Source of the DNA: Candidatus Eremiobacteria bacterium
GTDB taxonomy: Bacteria > Vulcanimicrobiota > Vulcanimicrobiia > Vulcanimicrobiales > Vulcanimicrobiaceae
Assembly: GCA_963758295.1 (NCBI GenBank)
Contig: CAVWUU010000004.1
Coordinates: forward strand, 544,001-608,000
Reading direction: 5' to 3'
Length of the DNA: 64,000 nt
The position numbers and the translations under genes are program-made. This document shows, in pieces, positions 61,036 to 64,000 of this stretch; the stretch's first letter is position 1; every line of letters begins with the position of its first letter. A model generated the notes under the pieces. The model saw only the letters and a list, made by a program, of their open reading frames with translations, had not been told where the DNA came from and did no database searches.

Positions 61036-64000
61036 TCAGTCGCCGCCTCGCGCGCCGCTGCGTCGCGCGTCGCGCCTTTCCGGGGCGGTGCCGGCTTCCG
61101 GCGTTCGACCACGCTTTCGATGACGTCGTAGAGCACGGGAATGAAGAACACGCCGAGCGACGTTGCAAACAGCATGCCGAAGAATACCGCCGTGCCGAGG
61201 GAATGCCGTGATGCCGCGCCTGCGCCCGAGGCCAGCATTAGCGGAATCACGCCGAAGATGAACGCTAGTGACGTCATCAAGATCGGACGGAAGCGCACCG
61301 CAGCGCCCTGCACCGCCGCTTCGGCCGGCGAGAGGTTCTCGCGCTCGCGCAAGTTCTTAGCGAACTCGACGATGAGAATGGCATTCTTCGCCGCGAGACC
61401 GATCAACATGATGAGGCCGATTTGCACGTACACGTCGTTTGGTAGCTTCCAAATCAGCGCGCCGAAGAACGCGCCGAACACGCCGATCGGGATGCCCAAG
61501 ATCACGCCGAACGGAATCGCCCAGCTCTCGTACAGCGCCGCGAGGAACAAGAACACGAGCACAATCGAAAGGATGAACGTGATGGCTTGCGTGCTGCCGG
61601 CAAGCTTCTGTTCGTACGCCGTGCCGCTCCATTCGTAGCCGAATCCGTCCGGAATCGTTGTCTTTGCGATATCTTCCATTGCGGAAATCGCCTGGCCCGA
61701 ACTGTAGCCCTGCGCCGCCTGCCCGTCGATCTCGGCGGTGCGGTAGACGTTGTACCGCTGAATGATGTTCGATCCGCGCGTCATCGTTGGATTTGAAAAC
61801 GTGCTTAGCGGCACCATCTTGCCTTGCGTCGAGCGCACCATAAGCGTGCCGATATTGGCCGGTGTCATGCGATACTCGGGCTCGGCCTGCACCATGAGCT
61901 TCCAGCTGTTGTCAAAGAGAATCACGTTGTTGACAATAACGCCGCCGAGCTCAGCCTGCAGCGTTTGAAACACCGAGTCGAGTGGGATGCCGAGCTGGTG
62001 CACCTTGTCGCGATCCAGCGAGAGATCGACTTGCGGATAATCCACCGAGTACTGCGACATTACGTTGCCGAGCTCGGGATGTTGGCCGGCCGCATTTTGA
62101 ATGTTAGCCGCAACCTTCGCGAGTTCGTCGGGCGTGTGGTTCCCGCGATCTTCCAGCATGAATTGGAACCCGCCGGAGTTGCCCAAGCCCGGGATGGGCG
62201 CGGGCGGAATCGGCAAAATGCGCGCTTGCACGTGCTTACCGGCGCGCGCGTACGCTTCAAGAATGACCGAGCGCAGCGACTTTGCTTTCCCTTTGCGTTC
62301 ATCCCACGGATCGAGCGTGACTGCGATCGACGCGACGTTCGATTGGCTCTGGCTGTTCAACACGTTGAATCCACCGAGCGTAATGACGTTTTGAACGCCG
62401 GGGATCGAGTGAATCTCGCTGACGATCTGCCTAGAGAGTTCCTGTGTGTGCTGCAACGCCGTGCCGCTCGGGAGCGCGACGTTCATAAAGAAATACCCTT
62501 GATCTTCGAGCGGCACGAAGCTTCCCGGCAGTTTCTTCAGCAGCCCGGCTGCGCCGAGCGTTATAAGCACGAGCGCCACGATCATGAAAACCGAACGCCG
62601 CATCGCCACTTTCAAGAGCGCCGTGTACCGGCCGCGGAACCGGTCGAACCGGGTATTGAAACCGGCGAAAAAACGGCCCAACGGTCCGCGCATTTCTTTT
62701 CGCGGCCGCAGCAGCAGCGCGCAAAGCGCCGGCGTTAACGTCAAGGCGATAATCGCGGACAGGATCACCGAAAACGAAATCGTCAACGCGAATTGTTGAT
62801 ACAGCTGTCCCGTGATGCCTGCCAGGAACGCGGCGGGAACGAAGACGGCGGTCAACACCAACGCGACGGCGATCACCGGTCCTTGGACGTCCTGCATGGC
62901 TGCGATCGCAGCGTCCTTTGAACTCAGGCCCTGTTCGATGTGCAGCTCCGTCGCCTCCACCACGACGATCGCATCGTCCACAACGATGCCGATGGCCAGC
63001 ACGATGCCGAAGAGCGACAACGTGTTCACCGAGAAGCCGAGTGGCACGAAGGCCGCAAATGTGCCGATGAGGGCGACGGGCACGGCGAGCAAGGGAATAA
63101 TCGTCGCGCGCACGCTGCCGAGGAAGAGAAAGACGACGAGCGACACGAGGATGAACGCAATGAGCAGCGTGACGAGCACGTCGTGAATCGACGCATGAAC
63201 GAAGGCGGTCGTGTCGAGGGTAATGTTGTAAGAAAGTCCGGGCGGAAACGACTTCGCGAGATCCTTCAACGTCGCGCGCACGGCGTTGGCCGTCTGAATC
63301 GCATTCGCCGTCGGCGTTTGGTAGATGAGGATGTTCACGGCCGGACTGCCGTTGAAATCGCTAAAGAGCGTGTACGACTGGGCTGCGAGCTGCGTCCGCG
63401 CTACGTCGGACAAACGGATAAACGAGCCGTTCGGAAGCGTCTTGAGAACGACGTTATCGAACTCGGACGTCGAGCCCAGTAAGCCTTTCACGTTGACCGG
63501 CATCTGGAACTGGGGCTGCGTGTTGGTTGGCGGCAGTCCAAGTTGCCCCGCCGGCGCCAGTGCGTTCTGGTGCGAGAGCGCGTTGATCACGTCGCTCGTA
63601 TCCAAGCCCAGCCCCGCGAGCGAATCCGGGCGAACCCACACGCGCATCGAGTAGTTGCCCGCACCCATTAAATTCGTGTTCCCGACGCCGCTTACGCGAT
63701 TCAAGCTATTGAGAATGTTGATCGTCGCATAGTTGCTCAGGAAGAGCGAATCGTAGAGCTTTTCCGGCGAGTAGAGCGTTACGATCAACAGAATCGCCGG
63801 CGACTGCTGCTTGATAGTGATGCCGTAGTTGTTTACCGCGGAGGGCAGCGTGCTTTGTGCGGCGGAGACGCGGTTTTGAACCAGGTTCGCGTCGTCGTTG
63901 ATATTCGAGCCGACGTTGAACGTCGCCGTCAAATTGTACTGCCCGTTCGATGTGCTGAACGAATTCAGGTACATCAGGTTCGGGACGCCGTTGACCTTCG
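61032..64000 (-). CDS. RND multidrug efflux permease (AcrB/HAE1 family), start lies beyond the window
   Basis: [43 protein letters not shown]. Confidence 0.95.
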   Translation of the reverse strand, partial: KVNGVPNLMYLNSFSTSNGQYNLTATFNVGSNINDDANLVQNRVSAAQSTLPSAVNNYGITIKQQSPAILLIVTLYSPEKLYDSLFLSNYATINILNSLNRVSGVGNTNLMGAGNYSMRVWVRPDSLAGLGLDTSDVINALSHQNALAPAGQLGLPPTNTQPQFQMPVNVKGLLGSTSEFDNVVLKTLPNGSFIRLSDVARTQLAAQSYTLFSDFNGSPAVNILIYQTPTANAIQTANAVRATLKDLAKSFPPGLSYNITLDTTAFVHASIHDVLVTLLIAFILVSLVVFLFLGSVRATIIPLLAVPVALIGTFAAFVPLGFSVNTLSLFGIVLAIGIVVDDAIVVVEATELHIEQGLSSKDAAIAAMQDVQGPVIAVALVLTAVFVPAAFLAGITGQLYQQFALTISFSVILSAIIALTLTPALCALLLRPRKEMRGPLGRFFAGFNTRFDRFRGRYTALLKVAMRRSVFMIVALVLITLGAAGLLKKLPGSFVPLEDQGYFFMNVALPSGTALQHTQELSRQIVSEIHSIPGVQNVITLGGFNVLNSQSQSNVASIAVTLDPWDERKGKAKSLRSVILEAYARAGKHVQARILPIPPAPIPGLGNSGGFQFMLEDRGNHTPDELAKVAANIQNAAGQHPELGNVMSQYSVDYPQVDLSLDRDKVHQLGIPLDSVFQTLQAELGGVIVNNVILFDNSWKLMVQAEPEYRMTPANIGTLMVRSTQGKMVPLSTFSNPTMTRGSNIIQRYNVYRTAEIDGQAAQGYSSGQAISAMEDIAKTTIPDGFGYEWSGTAYEQKLAGSTQAITFILSIVLVFLFLAALYESWAIPFGVILGIPIGVFGAFFGALIWKLPNDVYVQIGLIMLIGLAAKNAILIVEFAKNLRERENLSPAEAAVQGAAVRFRPILMTSLAFIFGVIPLMLASGAGAASRHSLGTAVFFGMLFATSLGVFFIPVLYDVIESVVERRKPAPPRKGATRDAAAREAATE

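Overview
A GC-rich bacterial window. The many TonB-dependent receptors, Vgb-like beta-propeller lipoproteins and Terrabacteria-style RpoB suggest Ca. Eremiobacterota/Vulcanimicrobiota, but this is inference only. Left to right it holds: a lanthanide-type PQQ methanol/alcohol dehydrogenase locus (xoxF-xoxJ, a divergent atypical NarL regulator and a TonB receptor); signalling and membrane genes; a solitary, heavily frameshifted rpoB with its own promoter and terminator and no rpoC; a lower-GC 5'-truncated type IIG-like restriction-modification gene coupled to a hidden frameshifted EVE-domain ORF; a WYL regulator; a probable UGA-recoded (selenocysteine, UxxC) thioredoxin-like protein missed by the ORF track; stress genes; a ~3.4 kb serine-hydrolase plus two-component cassette bounded by a duplicated ligase 3' end and REP; a gal/glf/glycoside-hydrolase operon preceded by a 27-aa micro-ORF; a vapBC-type pair; a complete hydroxyproline catabolic cluster; and an RND efflux pair. 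One CGTC-tagged palindromic REP-like family with covarying stems occurs as singletons and as three different tandem arrays, none of them CRISPR. Many single-base frameshifts, concentrated at 14.5-21.8 kb, are probably long-read consensus errors.
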